DNA from: Botryllus schlosseri
Lineage: Eukaryota
Direction: 5' to 3'
Assembly: GCA_051294905.1 (NCBI GenBank)
Contig: CM119378.1
Span: 15,004,001 to 15,068,000, forward strand
Length of the DNA: 64,000 nt
The translations under genes and the position numbers were made by a program. Below the pieces are notes generated by a model. That model had not been told where the DNA came from. It ran no database searches and saw only the letters and a list, made by a program, of their open reading frames with translations. The first letter of the stretch is position 1. Each line of letters opens with the position of its first letter. Shown in pieces: positions 48,731 to 62,500 of this stretch.

Positions 48731-49618
48731 TCATTTCAATATGAATATACTATTTAATAGCACACTGAATGAGAAATACCGAACAATAGCATATAATAGG
48801 CAAACGAGGAAAATGAAGAGGTGTGAGGTACATAGGCGAAGTCGGTAATTAGAAAATGTTACCCAGCAATTTCGAATGGAGCATATATGCTATTCATTAC
48901 GTAGTAATAAGATTGCATACAAAACAAACGGTGTTTCAAACCACGATATAGTTTTAAACAAATGCCTTTTTGAAAAACACAAAATAGTGTCTTTTTCAAC
49001 GTTGCATAATTACGTAGTATACGGACGATTTGCACCCAATAGTCAGCGTATACGATATGGAGTGGCTGGAACCCTCGAAATCGTCATTGGTTTGACAGTT
49101 GTAGCAAGTAGATATAATAATTGGTACGGAATTGGTATTCTGATGATGACGACGGCCGACCTTAAAAATGCTGCATAGCCTAATGTAGTCCTGGTTAAAG
49201 ATATTTTTGATCTGTTTATCTGTTTGTCTGTGATGTCACAATTAAAGGCTCGTGACGTTATGGCCAAAAAAACAAACAATAAAAAACATGTTTTAAACAA
49301 GGGCTACGTTTTAAACATGTTTGTTTTAAATTGATTTTTGTTTTAAATGCAACCCTACAGAAAGGTATCGCTGTTTCGTGACAGCACATGAATCAGTTAT
49401 CGAATCATTACCTTGGCACGGATTTGATCTTGACAACAACTGTCTTGCGGGCAACCTGTTCCGTGTCAGATTGTGGTTTGCTTCGGAATGTGTGTCGTAA
49501 ATATAGCCTGTGTCAGTTTATGGATCGAGTAACCCATCCCATCGTCACCGGCGACCCAGAAGAATTATCTATAGAGACGCAGATTTGGGTCGCAACCCGT
49601 AGGCTTGGAATCATTGCG

Positions 49619-52600
49619 CTACTTGCTATATACGCTCTTATCCCGAAGAGGATACGATTTGTTTGTCAGCTCATGCTCGCTAAAGACGGGTTTATATCCA
49701 AGTCTGCGCATAACGTATGCGCACGATGTCTGAACATTCATGACATCAACAAATTTCATTTTCTCTCTCCACATGTATGCCGCAGTCCTTGAATCTCTGA
49801 TCGTACCATACGCACTTTGACTTTGAACTTTTATCGCGTGCATCTTCTTCTGAATTTCAAGACGTTCCTGAATATAGGCGACCAAAGTTAGATGTTCGTT
49901 AAATACAAATTTGATTTCAAACCGATGATGAGGCCAATTACCCCCGATATACTTTGATTATGATTATTTTGCAAGCGGAAATCGTGTTTGGTTGTACAAT
50001 ATAATCACAAAATCTAGATACCTGCCAATATACTCTTTCATAAACCGATAAATTCAACACTCTCCGCTAGTCTGTCAAGTTTGCGCCAGTATTTGTTACC
50101 AGTGCGATGACATTGCTGCTATAGTTCGCGACACGATAAAAACCGTTAATATTTATAAGATGCATGAATTACGGGTTAATGTCTTATAAAAATACAAGGA
50201 CTTTTCATGTTCTGAATAGCGCATAGTCCTCATTTAGTGAGATTTTCAGCTTTAACCACAGGTCGCAGTCGCTGCACAGGAACCCCAATAATTAGGGATG
50301 GTGTGAACCTCTGAAAGGTTCAGGTTCGTGTGAACGCGAACCTTTTTGAAAGGTTCTGTGTGAACACGAACGTGAACCTCATGACGTCACGTGACGTCAT
50401 ATTGCTAGTTTCAACCCTATATTTCAGTGAAGTGATAGCATATATCAATGTACACGATACGGAGCAACGAGTCGGGCCACATAATGCCACAATACTGAAG
50501 TACATATTGACGTTTTAAACGTCGCTAAATGTATCAACTTGGGCAATCAAATGATATAATATATATTCTGTCGCTTTGCCAACAATATCGACGAGGACTT
50601 GCAAGGAAATATAGGTTAAGCTTACGCCTTGGCGGTCTAGGCCAGACCGGACAATGTAGTCGGCGTCCGAGTATTTCTACGTTGATATTGAGCACAGTGT
50701 AAAACGGGTTTCTATATACTTGCGACCGATATAACCCCATTAACAAGTTATACAGCAGTATAGCCAACACCACAATCGCACGGATTAATTTTTATGATAC
50801 AGTAAACGTATCAATTCAAGATTGACCCCGCTGACCCCGCACGCTTGCTAGATTTTTTACATCAGACAACGATATCAATCTCATTGATTGGTTGAATAAG
50901 CATCATTCGCTCAGTACATGTAGTGTATTTCACCCTTGATGTTGTGAGATTGCGGGTAAAGCCCACAGCAGAGAGTCACTAAATATTCACAAACGGAAAG
51001 CTGTATATTTCAAGCAAACTTTTGTAACAAAGCAAGTAAAATTTATTAGATTGTCAAGGTGTATACTCGCTTAGTGTTTATTTTCATGCTGCCATCGCCG
51101 TGCGTAGAGTGCATAGAGTGTTATAATAATTAAAGTAAACATTGTAATATATGAAAAAGGTTCACAGTGCAGAACCTCCAAAGGTTCGTTTGTGAACGTG
51201 AACCTCCGAATTTCCGAGGTTCACACACAGAACGCGAACGTGAACCTCACGTTCACACCATCCCTACCAATAATACGACTCACGGCAATAAGGCTGTGTT
51301 GTTGTACATGACCCTTGGCGAAAGTGATGACCTTTATTTTAGTCAGTAATTTGTCAATTGTCACGTTCAGACTACTACGATTCACATTATTGCCCAGAAC
51401 TTTTCACCTGTCCATATTTTGCCTTGTTATGTACAGATTGTGTACACATATAGATAGGCCCAAGAAAAAAATGTGAAACATATATACACAACTATAAAAA
51501 TCATGTATAAATCTGGGAGATAAAAGCTCTTTCTTCCATAATAGGTATTAATCTCATTGGAAACTGGGTAGTGGAGATGGCTCCAAATCATGATCACAAT
51601 TGCTTTAGTTTAGACACATCCTAGACTCAGAAGACATCGGTCCCAATTTTGTTACTGTCGGAGTCGCTATGAAAACGTAATGTTGCGAATTTGAAATTTG
51701 AAAAGTCTCGATGCGAAATCACTCGAAGCCTTTTGTCGGAGTCAGTGCTAGAAACTGGTTTGCTGCTAACAATCAGTAGAACTATATTAGGAGTAAAAGT
51801 GTAGCCTGTGCTACTGAGGAAGAATTCAGACAGTCTGTGAAGAGAAGTCTCACCTCGTTAGATATCGACTCGGACATGAGCTTCTCAGCGTAAACACGCA
51901 TCGTCAGTTTTGGATCAGTGGTAGCCACCTCCAACCAATCAGTAACAACTTTCGGGAGCGGCAAATCTAAAAATCTGATATCGATCGTAAGTGCCTAAAA
52001 GTGCTGTCTACCTTCATGAAGCAGTCGCACATTCACAATCCCTGAGACAAAACTTACCGATATATTCGTTCAGCTAATTCCAAAGGTTCTTCTGCAATGT
52101 CTTCGTAATGAACCCTGAGATATCTTCTTGAAGAAATCATGCCTCCTCCTTGATCTATACAAATATGTATAATGCATAACACTGCGTCACGAGCTGCTGC
52201 GCTTACGGTAACTGGAACTAACCTTTTAGTTGTTGATCCACATATTCAATGTTCCGTTGCATCCGACTGCAAAGTTTCTTGGTAACCTTTTTGATAACTA
52301 GCGAAGAAAAGGATTCCGAGGAGGCCACGGATCTAATTATTGCTCTTGGATCTCTCACAAGATGTATAACGAATACTTCACTTGCATTGTTTAATTTCTC
52401 GTAAACAGAATTTAATTTCGACAAATCACATGCCCTAATCACTTTGTATACTACCGCGGTAGAGGATGAGCATATTGCCGATAACAACGCCGGCTCTAAA
52501 GGTGAACTGCAATTGAAGGCAGACGTTTTAGTCAACTTTTTTCGAGGAACATCTTCCAGACGAAACCTTACATCTTTACCTTGCGACAGTGTCAATTCAG

Positions 52601-53162
52601 AACGTCTAAATGCTTCACAAACACTTGAGTATTTGTATGTCAACGCGTCACTTTTGTTAGGATAACATATATTATGAGCCCGACATCTTTTAGCATCAAC
52701 TTCCACGTGGTCAATGTCAGCTGCGTCGCGATATAATGAGGCCATTTCACGAAAATCACATTTCGCCAACGTTTCCATGGCTCGTACTCTTCTTGTATTA
52801 CTTCCATCGCAAAAGAAGCCGAAAGGATAAAGCGGCTCGTACAAATAAAACAAGCCTGGGTTTTTATTGAAAAATTCCCCCAGGAACGTGGAGCCCGAAC
52901 GCTGGTTACTGAAAATGAACACGACTTTCCCTTTTTTGTCATATAGGCTGTGTTGGTTATCTTCAACAAAATGTGTTCGTAATTGAAATTTCTTTGCGGT
53001 TTCAAATTTCGCACTCTTGGTATTTGTTTCGATGTATAAGACAAATAAAAGCAATAGTAGCAAAAGTCCCGGCACTTTCAATCGATCTAAAACATTTCCT
53101 TCTCGAGCACTGCGCAGAGCTCTACACACGCAAGCAGCAGCAAGATGCAATGACCGTATCAT
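49619..53162 (-). CDS. Carbohydrate 6-O-sulfotransferase (CHST1/CHST3/CHST5-like), paralogue A, ~468 aa (exons 53162-52223, 52154-52058, 51974-51854, 49867-49619)
   Basis: N-terminal TM segment LLLLLLLFVLYI, 5'-PSB motif SNQRSGSTFLGE, FYLYEP, 3'-PB motif HLVRDPRAI, HYEDIA and C-terminal WREK..VQTSC..VMRRLGY; GT-AG introns with phases 1, 2, 0. Confidence 0.92.
50293..51266. mobile_element. hAT-type MITE with GTGAAC/GTTCAC subterminal repeats, 974 bp
   Basis: TIRs TAGGGATGGTGTGAAC/GTTCACACCATCCCTA; exact TSD CCAATAAT; lies in the last intron of CHST paralogue A. Confidence 0.93.
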
Positions 53163-53702
53163 ATCCTGAAAGCAACATGGGATTAAAGAGATAATTATTC
53201 TTCAGGCTTGCTCTGCGAAATGCTGACCAAGTTACCACTTGCCTGATATAGGCCACGAACTGCATTGAATACTTTAAGTATAGACTATACGACTAAAAAG
53301 CTTGCAACATAACAGAGAGCCAGTACGACCTATACTAAATCATTTCAGAATTACATAACTTTTACAACTCAAGCATATTTTGTCGGCAGTACTACAGGTG
53401 TGATGTGTGGCATATACCCTCAGGCAGTATATGCCGCAAGCATAATCGGCTAAACGCCAATATCGGGGATACGGCAGGTACGATTTACTATGAGTTGAAG
53501 TCTTGTGGCCTATGAAACTTGATCCGCAACTGAAGGCATGGTTGATGTCGTTCGACCGGGGGAAATGAGTTCATTATCTCTTTACATTTCGTGTTTCTAC
53601 ACATTGCGGATTTGCAATTGTCCATTATTAATTATAAGGACTATCTAAATACGAAGTGATGTTTGCTGACTGTATGCTATGGTCACTAATTAGCATATAG
53701 AT

Positions 53703-54769
53703 CAGGGGTGGGCAAACTTTTGAGCTCGCGGGCCGCATTCAACATCTGAATCCCGTCGCGGGCCGCACTGTATAAAATTAAGATTATAAACCAAAACGCA
53801 ATATTGGTATTTGATTATATAGTGAGGACATGGAGATGCTTATTTAAAACAAACCAAGCATTGCTTTGATGATATCGTACATGCGCGAGAAACAGTGGCG
53901 AGATTTCATAAGCTGGTCGACCTCAATAACCAATTTGTCAAAACTATATATAGAGATGAAAGTCGGTGGTCCCGATTCTTAGAACAGGATTGAATTTCAA
54001 ATCTGTCAGCAGCGATCTGTTCATAGATTTGCTAATTCCACTTTTGGATCAGTTCCAGGACAGACAATGCTGTCAGCATCATAAGCATGTTAGCTTCAAA
54101 CACGCTTCTACTGTGTGTAGATCTAATATAAATACCCCAATTCTATGCATACAGAGAACGAATCTACCTAAGACAAGCGCGAATCGTTTTTTATAAGCAC
54201 ATCACTGAAAAAATTTAAACTGGAGTTGCCAATCTAAAATCATACTCGTGATCCGAATTACGTCGATCTCGTTTAGTATTTCTGTGATTTTTAGAGGTTG
54301 AAACCTTTCGGGCTTTCGCGCCAGACATTAAACATAAAAAAAATACAGGAAGTGTTTACCTTAGAATAGTGGTTCTCAAACTTTGCAAGACACGCCCCCT
54401 TACGATGGTGAAAGATTTCGCGTCCCCCTTATCGTCATATCACAAAACGCAACCAGGATGCTAGCAAACCTAACGGGTACCTTGATGACATGGATGGCTA
54501 CGACTGTGGATGAGAGATTTTAAAATATGAAATTCAGACTAAATACAGAGCAACAATTGTGAATTGGCTAAAAAGTCGCGCGGAGCGCGAAAAATTTTTT
54601 CAGTTGATCTCAGCTCCGCGCCCTTCTGCAGATAATTTCCCTGCATTAATTCGATTTTTAGTACGCATTTTATCAATATTTTTAATAAGTTTCTTTAGAC
54701 TCTCGCGGGCCGCACGCAATGGTGTTGCGGGCCGCATGCGGCCCGCGGGCCGTAGTTTGCCCACCCCTG
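53703..54769. mobile_element. hAT/Charlie-type MITE, inverted sister of 23215-24330
   Basis: TIRs CAGGGGTGGGCAAACT/AGTTTGCCCACCCCTG; exact TSD ATATAGAT. Confidence 0.92.
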
Positions 54770-56344
54770 ATATAGATGGTTAAAGTAGTCCGCGTTGATA
54801 CCGAAGTATTACAAGTAAAAGTAAAGCCGCAAATTTCTCTTCAATTGCAAGTGAAGGTATAGCGTTTTCCAAAACGTATCAAACTTACTTCAAGTAAAGA
54901 TAGAAAATGAAAATCAATCGAGTAAGTAGTTTCTAAAGTAGATTTGCTCGTCGAGTCGCATGCTTTTAGCTACTAATTGGAGGTGGTTACTTACGATGTT
55001 ACAAGATGGCTTTTTGCGACTGTCGCGAAATAACTAATGGGTAGCGCGATTTTTTGACATAAGAAACGGAATATTTTGACCTAAAAAATCAATATTTCAA
55101 CATTTTTTTTTACTTTAAAAAACATAATTTTGACCAAATTTTAACCTAACGTATACGAATTAGGTGTTCCCAACATCATGTTAGAATTGTAATACTTATC
55201 TTCATTTCTGGCTGGAACTGTCTGTCCTCACGAAGTAGTTCGACCTGAAAAAACTTTGTTGACTCAAAACCTGGAAAATTTTTACATGGAAAAACTTTAT
55301 TCTAACGAAATCTGGCCCTATAAAGAATTCCAGTAGTTACATAGAAATAACTAAAATTTGTTGTAGTAAAACGAAATATACTTTCCTACATTCTTGGGTA
55401 GAAAGTGGCTGTCCTTACTAAGTAGCTTAACACTTTAGCTGCCAAGGCCTATTAGGGAAATTACCATTAAATTCCAGCAGACAATGAATTTTCGACTAGT
55501 ATGATATTTAGCTGGAATCGCGCGTGCTGATAAGTGTAAACCTTGTGCATCTTATGATTTTTTTTCAATATCAAGGAATTATAAAATTATTGCAATTTCT
55601 TGGCTGATCATTTTATGAAAAGCCACCTAGTGGTCAAACCAAAAAAAAGGTTGACCTAGGTATACAGATGTGATTTTTTAAAAATACTTCCGGTAACAAA
55701 AATGGTTGTTTCTGACAACAGGGCTATTGAGTAGCCTCGAATACACCCGTAATCCGAAGATAGAACCGATTCCGGACTTCACTGTACGCATTTGAAAAAT
55801 ATCCTAAATATAGGATCGCTGGCACTTTATGGGATTGAGTGAAATCCTAAATTTAGGATTCTTGGCAGTCGAGAATGGAGAAAAAACGTTCAGCAGCAGC
55901 AGTTGTTGGCTGAAAACACTGAAGTTGTGCGTACACTGCTGGTGACACACCGTGTTGCTTATCATTCTGACAATGGCGTCTCACAATCTTTCATCATGCG
56001 CTTCTTGATATAAGAACCATGCAATGCCCACGCAGTCTTGCTTTACATGATATTACGATACGTTGAGCATAACACCATGTCAACCTATTTGTTTCATTTG
56101 AATGTTCATGCTTCACAATGACCAGACAATGGGCCTACAACGGTAGGCCTACAAAGTAGGCTACAAGCTGTAAAATGTTAAATGATATAAGTTCACCGAC
56201 AGTGCAAAATCTACGATACAGACGAAATGCAGGCTGCAAAAAGATTTTGACTGAGCCCAATAAGATCACACAAATTTTAGTGTCATCGTTAAGCTTTATA
56301 TTTGTATTCAATAATGATATATTCTTCCTGAAACTAGGAATCCA

Positions 56345-56730
56345 TCGCCACTTTCCCTCGTTGAGAACAAGGCATATAGGCTACGGCGGTTTCCTTCACA
56401 ATAAAGCGGTCATGCTTTAGACGTTTTTGTGAAGCAGCTGTTGTTTGTTAATCATGTATTTCGTATCTCAACATACCCTGAATCAATCCTCAATCAACCG
56501 ACATACAATGCGCTTTCAGAATCGCCGCCCGTTCCTGTCGCGGTCACTAAAGCGTAGCCAATTACCCAATCAATAGCGGTGGTTTCGTGATTACTAGTCT
56601 TCTCACCGTTCTATGGTCGGCGGCACGCCCATTCTTCGGCAGCTACTTTCAAACCCTTTGCACGAAATCTTAACGGGCTTCCTGTGAGCTTCTTTTAGGC
56701 CCAGTGTTGTTTTTATCAATAGTCTATAGT
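56345..56730. mobile_element. Diverged single arm of the 35423-37064 fold-back family
   Basis: Aligns by eye with ~36585-37010 (for example GATTACTAGTCTTCTC..ATGGTC..GGCACGCCCATTCTT..CAGCTACTTTCAAAC). Confidence 0.75.
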
Positions 56731-57770
56731 ATAGACTCTATACAATAAGACTTTACAACGGAGGATTTGTAAGCTATAGTACCGAGCAGGAGCAGGTCTG
56801 CGTGTTTGAGGAATAAAATTTGAATCGGCATTATGGGAAAAATCATGCAGTGAACACATACACTCGATCGATGCGGACCTGCTAGCGAAAGTAGCAAAAC
56901 AGCAAGGCTATTTTGCCAAGCCACAGAGAGCTACGGACGCAGCCTAATATTAACGCAGCGACATAGTAACATGTGTGAGCAATGTACTAATACACTGCTT
57001 TCAATTTAGAAATAAAACTGCTCGCTGCGAAACATGGTCTAACTCAGGGATACGCAAACTACAGCTCGCGGGCCGCATGCGCCTCGATAGCTGTTTTCAT
57101 GCGGCCCTCCAAAAGCAATTCATATTCGCGTTATTTTGGGACGGAATGTTAGCATAGTTGATACAAAAATTTCCACGCAACGCCAAATAATATAATCACT
57201 ATGCTATATTATAGCGTTCATCAAATTACTTAAACTATTATAGTGATTATATATATGCATTGGCGACATTGGCGTAGCCGGAGGTGGAATTCAAATTCTA
57301 AACCCTGTCATTTGAAATTCAGAAATTCCCATTGACATTGTTCTATGACTTATAAGTATACTGAGTTTCTTTGCTCGACAAATATGTGTAGGCTATTTCG
57401 TTAGAAGTGTTGCATCTGGTCCTAGTACTGAAAAGTTAGCCAACGATTTCTTTAAAATATAAGCTTGCGTTCTGACTATTTAAGATTCTCAGTTTTCGCT
57501 TGTTATTCTAATTATACTATCACTCTTGACGAAAATAGTGTGTATTCACACCGTTGTACCACCCGTGATATAGGCTGTGAATATACACCCTTTGCCGTGG
57601 TACACAAAACAGAACGTACCTAAGACTTATACCACAGTATAAATCAAACACAACATTTTAATTAAAAACATATAGGCTACTTGCGCGTAGGGACGTATAT
57701 TCAGGTCTGAGCAAATCTAGTATCTATGATTAATTCGATCCAGAGTCGATAATTCGAGCTTCGAGTCGAG

Positions 57771-58096
57771 TGTGCCCACCGTAAATACTATTTTATTCAA
57801 ATCCAAATTTTTCGACGGCAATAACTCCGCTTCCGATGGTTGGAATTGAACCAAATTTGGTGGACATCGTTTCTATAGACAATAACCTAACACTTTCATG
57901 GGGTGATCTGAAAATTTTCAAATTTTTTGTTATTTATTTTTAGATAATAAATAGAAACTTTGTTCTCCTGTAGCAATGCGGCTACTGGTTGGAATTGAAC
58001 CAAACTTGGTGTGTAGGCTTAAATTAGATAACCTGACAATTTTATCGCGTATAGCCAGTACGATTTGAGAAAAAAAGTCATTTTTGAAGACCCCTA
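57771..58096. mobile_element. Single arm of the 4891-5544 MITE family
   Basis: Near-identical to 5225-5544; ends GTCATTTTTGAAGACCCCTA. Confidence 0.85.
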
Positions 58097-58656
58097 TATG
58101 CTCATACTACTAATCAGACTTAGTCTCATTGGTAGCTAAAACTAATATGTGAAATGTTATTTAGATAAATTTATCAATGATAAGCTTTACTACTTTTTGA
58201 CCTAAGTGTCGACTATACTGCGCCCTTATTCACTACGCAATGAATGCTTCCTTCGCCACAACTTATTCTGCTGTAAACAGCAGAAATCTGGCACTGCTGT
58301 TTACTGCTAAAATGACATCAGCTGCGATAGCTTGGTACAGCTGAAACTGCTATAACACTGCCCTAGCATTCTCGCCACTTAGAAGTCAAGTTCTGTGGTT
58401 GTGTTCGCCACGGGATTTCCTTTCATTTATGCTGTCATGAAATATCGATGCAAAAGCATAATTTTGGAATATTATGCAACATAGATACCAGAGGAAAACG
58501 ATCGAAGTTATGCAATTATTGAAAATAAGACAAAATAAGGACGCAAGTCGAAAATAAGGACATTTCATAGAAATAATAAGGACCATTGAGTTTTCTAAGA
58601 TCTTGCCCTTCAAAATAAGGACAAATCTTAGAAATAAGGACGGTATGGCAACCCTG

Positions 58657-58820
58657 GATACAGCTGATACAGCTAATACCTGAGTGATGTATAGAGTGAT
58701 ACCTGAGTGATACCAGGGTGATACAGCTGACACTTGAGTGATACAGCTGATACTTGAGTGATACATTTGATACAGCTGTGATACAGCTGATACAGCTGAT
58801 GCAGCTGTGATACAGCTGTA
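58657..58820 (+). repeat. Degenerate GATACAGCT-based minisatellite next to a MITE end (AAAATAAGGAC repeats, GGCAACCCTG)
   Basis: Repeated gatacagct/gatacctga units. Confidence 0.75.
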
Positions 58821-59009
58821 TATCCACAGGGCCTAGACAAACTGTGCCTGATGCAAGATTATGGTTTGTGTTAGACTCATTGTTGTAAATGCAGGCTCTG
58901 CCATGTGAACGAGCCGATATCAAGTCGTCTCTGGCGACACATACGAAATATCTAGCGACCTACCACCATTCGATGGCGACCCATGGGTTGCGAATCACAT
59001 CCCTCTTTG

Positions 59010-59546
59010 CTATGCTACACCCTTATCCCGGAGAGGATACAATTTGTTTCTCAGCTCCTCCCTACTAAACACAGGTTTGTATCCAAGCCTACGCATGACA
59101 TATGCGCACGATGTCTGGACGTTGATGGCATCAATAAATTTCATTTTTTGTCTCCACTTAGATGCTGCCGTCCTTGAATCTCTGATAGTACCGTACGGAT
59201 TTCGACTTGCAGCTTTTATCGCGTCAATCTTCTTCTGGATTTCAAGATTTTCCTGAACATAGGCGACCAAAGTTACGCGTTTGGCCCACAGTAGGCTATA
59301 TAACACAATTTTGATTGATAGCCCAAATACTTAAGCTGTTGGAGGCGAAAAGCATGTTTAATTATTATAATTAAACAAATACTTTCGACTATAGTTATAC
59401 TAACTTTCTGTATTTTCCCAATTTTGTTATATTTTTAATTACCAAAATTTACAGACAGAAAGAAGTTTCATCAATACAAGGGCGGACTAACCAACGCCGA
59501 TTGCAACATTATACCAGGGAATATACTAAGGTTATTTAGAACCAAT

Positions 59547-59577
<31 letters not shown>

Positions 59578-62500
59578 CTTTATTTTCATCTAACCAAGAT
59601 ACACAAAAAAACAGACGGCAATGATGGTGATACAGAAAATATGCATGCACAGTATTCGGTATCAGATAGTGATGATCGATACGACCGTGAAGGTCAACTA
59701 ATCTGACCACGCCAGTATCAAACAGGTAGGCCTACACTTGACTCTATACAGTTTGACGGTAAAAATGCTAAGTTTAATAAAGGAAAATAAAAATGTAAAA
59801 GTAAACGATGGTAACAAATGATGAATTAAGCAATGATAACGACAAGAGATGATTAAGTTGGTCTTTTTTAAATCTATTATAAGGCAATTCACAGATATGG
59901 TGTGCCAATTCATTCCTGATGATAGGTCCTGAGTAGTCGATAGATCTCTTGGGTGGGGGAAAGTAGATATTTCCCTTTGATGAGGATCTCGTGTAATGGG
60001 AGTGGACATTTTTAGCAGGTATGAAAAATACATCAAACACATGAGGCAAACTATTGGAAAAATATTTGTGAATAACTTTTGATACTTCGAAGCGATATAG
60101 TTCGTCAACTCGCGAAATTCGATGCTTACGGTAGTAAGGCGATAAGTTGGTACGTAAAGGTACAGATGAGATAAACCGTATCGCACGATTTTGCAGGGTT
60201 CGAATTCTGTGCAAAAATGTTTTGCATGCATTTCCCCACTCTACGACTCCATATTGCAGGTATAGGGCTGGGCAAAATCGAGTACCTGAGTGATTCGATC
60301 CTGAATCATGAAATATGCTTCGAGTCGAATCGAGTAATCGAGTATCACCCATCATGACGTCAGAACAGAATGTAATACGTCAAAGTTCAAATATGTACCG
60401 TTTATGCCACCACAAAGAAGATAATGCCTGTTATCCATCTCATAAATGATACTATGGTATTTTTTGACCATACCGATTTCATCCACTTGGTGACAATGTT
60501 GTGGGATAATCATGACTTCAAAAATGTGCTACGTCCAGTAACCTTCGTAGCTTTGTACTATATGTTTGGTATGCTACGATACCGCCAATCAAGGTGTCAG
60601 GGCTTCAACAGTGAAAATTAGTATCGAAACAATAACTCCCGTTGATAAATTAACTTTCAGTCGCGAGAAGCGTATAATTTCTGTACTCGAAAAAATTATC
60701 TTTTACTACTCAACTCGAATCATTAAAATTAATACTCGATTCAGATTAGAGTACTCGAATCATTGTGTCCAGCCCTAATTGCAGGTGAGAGTGAAAAAGT
60801 GAGAAGTAGATGGTTCGTAGTATTGATCAAGAAATCAAAGATTGCAGACGGGTCATTATTGCCACACACCGAGCTAGTTTTGATATTGTGCATTCGATAT
60901 GCTGCTTCCAAGACATTTTTGCATCGATGGCGACGCCGAGGTATTTTGCCGAGTCACATATGGAGATTTTTTTATGATTGATGTTCACATTGAAATTTTG
61001 ATTGGCGGCGACATTATTTAATCGGAACATCTCGGTCTTATCTGCATTCAGACTTAGTTTGTTTGCTTGCAGCCATTTCGTCACTTTTGGGAGTTCCCTA
61101 TTTACATGCATGCAAATCATCGACAGTGCTGAAGGTCATAAAGAGGTGAGTATCATCAGCAAATAGGGTTGTGCGGAATAGAGATGCATTAACAATGTCG
61201 TTCATATAAATGAGGAAAAAAGTCGGTCCAAGGACTGAGCCTTGTGGCGTAGAAGGCACAGCTAAGAATTTGAAATTTGAAAAGCCACAAACTGGACAGA
61301 GTTGAAGTCGCACTTTGAAATCAGTTCGAGTCATGAGTAAGGGTTATTCTCGGAGTCGTAATTCTGTAAACCAAAGGGTTAAGACTATTGCGTCGATATA
61401 CGCGTGGAAACTGCATAGCCAAGAACCGATTCAGATATATTAGAAGTGAATAAAAATCATGAAAATTTTGGTTTATGTCAATGAGAAGGGATACAGAAAG
61501 CATGAAGAGAGGTCTAACCTCTTCAGATATCCTCTCGGACTGGAGCTTCTCGTAAAAACGCATCGTGAGTTTTGGATCAGTGGTGGCCGTCTCCACCCAG
61601 TCAGTAACAATTTTTGGGAGCGGCAAATCTAAAAATCTGATAGCCGTCGTCAGTTTGTTCAACATGCTGCCAGTGTCGTAACAGCACTTCGTCAGCCCCC
61701 CAAACGTTGGTCTTGGGCCCCCGAAGGGTTATAAACCAAACTTCTGGGGTGCTTCGCCCCCAGACCCCCTATGGCTATACGCGGTTTACCGCTACTTATC
61801 ACCTATACTTATGGTCTACATTGGGTGTTCGTTTAGTGAGTCGCGAAGCGCGAACAACTTTTATAATTCACGATTGAATCTGTCAATATGATCGAGAAAT
61901 GCATATATAATGCCTTCAAATTTAATCGTCTCTCTGCTCACGTAATCTGATTTACCGGTAGAGCTGAGTGAGTTGTGTTTGAAAAGGTAGGAACTACTCA
62001 ATAATAATTAAACATATTTCGGCGTAAACCCGTCAGCAGGAACGGAACAGCACCTCGTCAGGCCCCCAAAAAACTTGGGTCTTGGGCTCCCATAGGGTGA
62101 TACACCGACCCCGCCATCACGTTGTTCGCTTTTGCCACGAAATTAGTTGTGGGCTACTGATTAGTGAGCCAGAGCAAAGCGCGAAAATTTTCGATAATTT
62201 ATGATAAAATTGAAGTCGCATGTCACATGGCCTAAAACTTTGTATGTCTTGGTGCGTCGTGGCGCAGTAATGGCCAACGCCGATATGCCCATTTCTATAA
62301 ATCTTGCGTATTTGTTCTAGGGCGAAGAGGACCCAATGATGAAGAAAAATGCTAACTTTAAATTTGAAAAAGCTGCATAAATTTTCAAAAAATACTCTAA
62401 AATTTATGCTAATTCACGAAATAATATTGGGTCCCCTTCGAGCTCTCCCCCCCCCGATCGGGGGGTTTGGGGTGCGGCAGTTACAGTCCTGCATGTAGCA

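Larger units (their letters stand above)
47125..48758. mobile_element. Penelope-like retroelement, head-to-head palindrome of a 5'-truncated copy (endonuclease plus 3' UTR only)
   Basis: Inverted arms 47158-47951 and 47965-48758 (794 bp each, 13-nt spacer); a 33-34 nt tail on the left arm only; direct repeat TAGCACACTGAA at 47113-47124 and 48758-48769. Confidence 0.93.
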
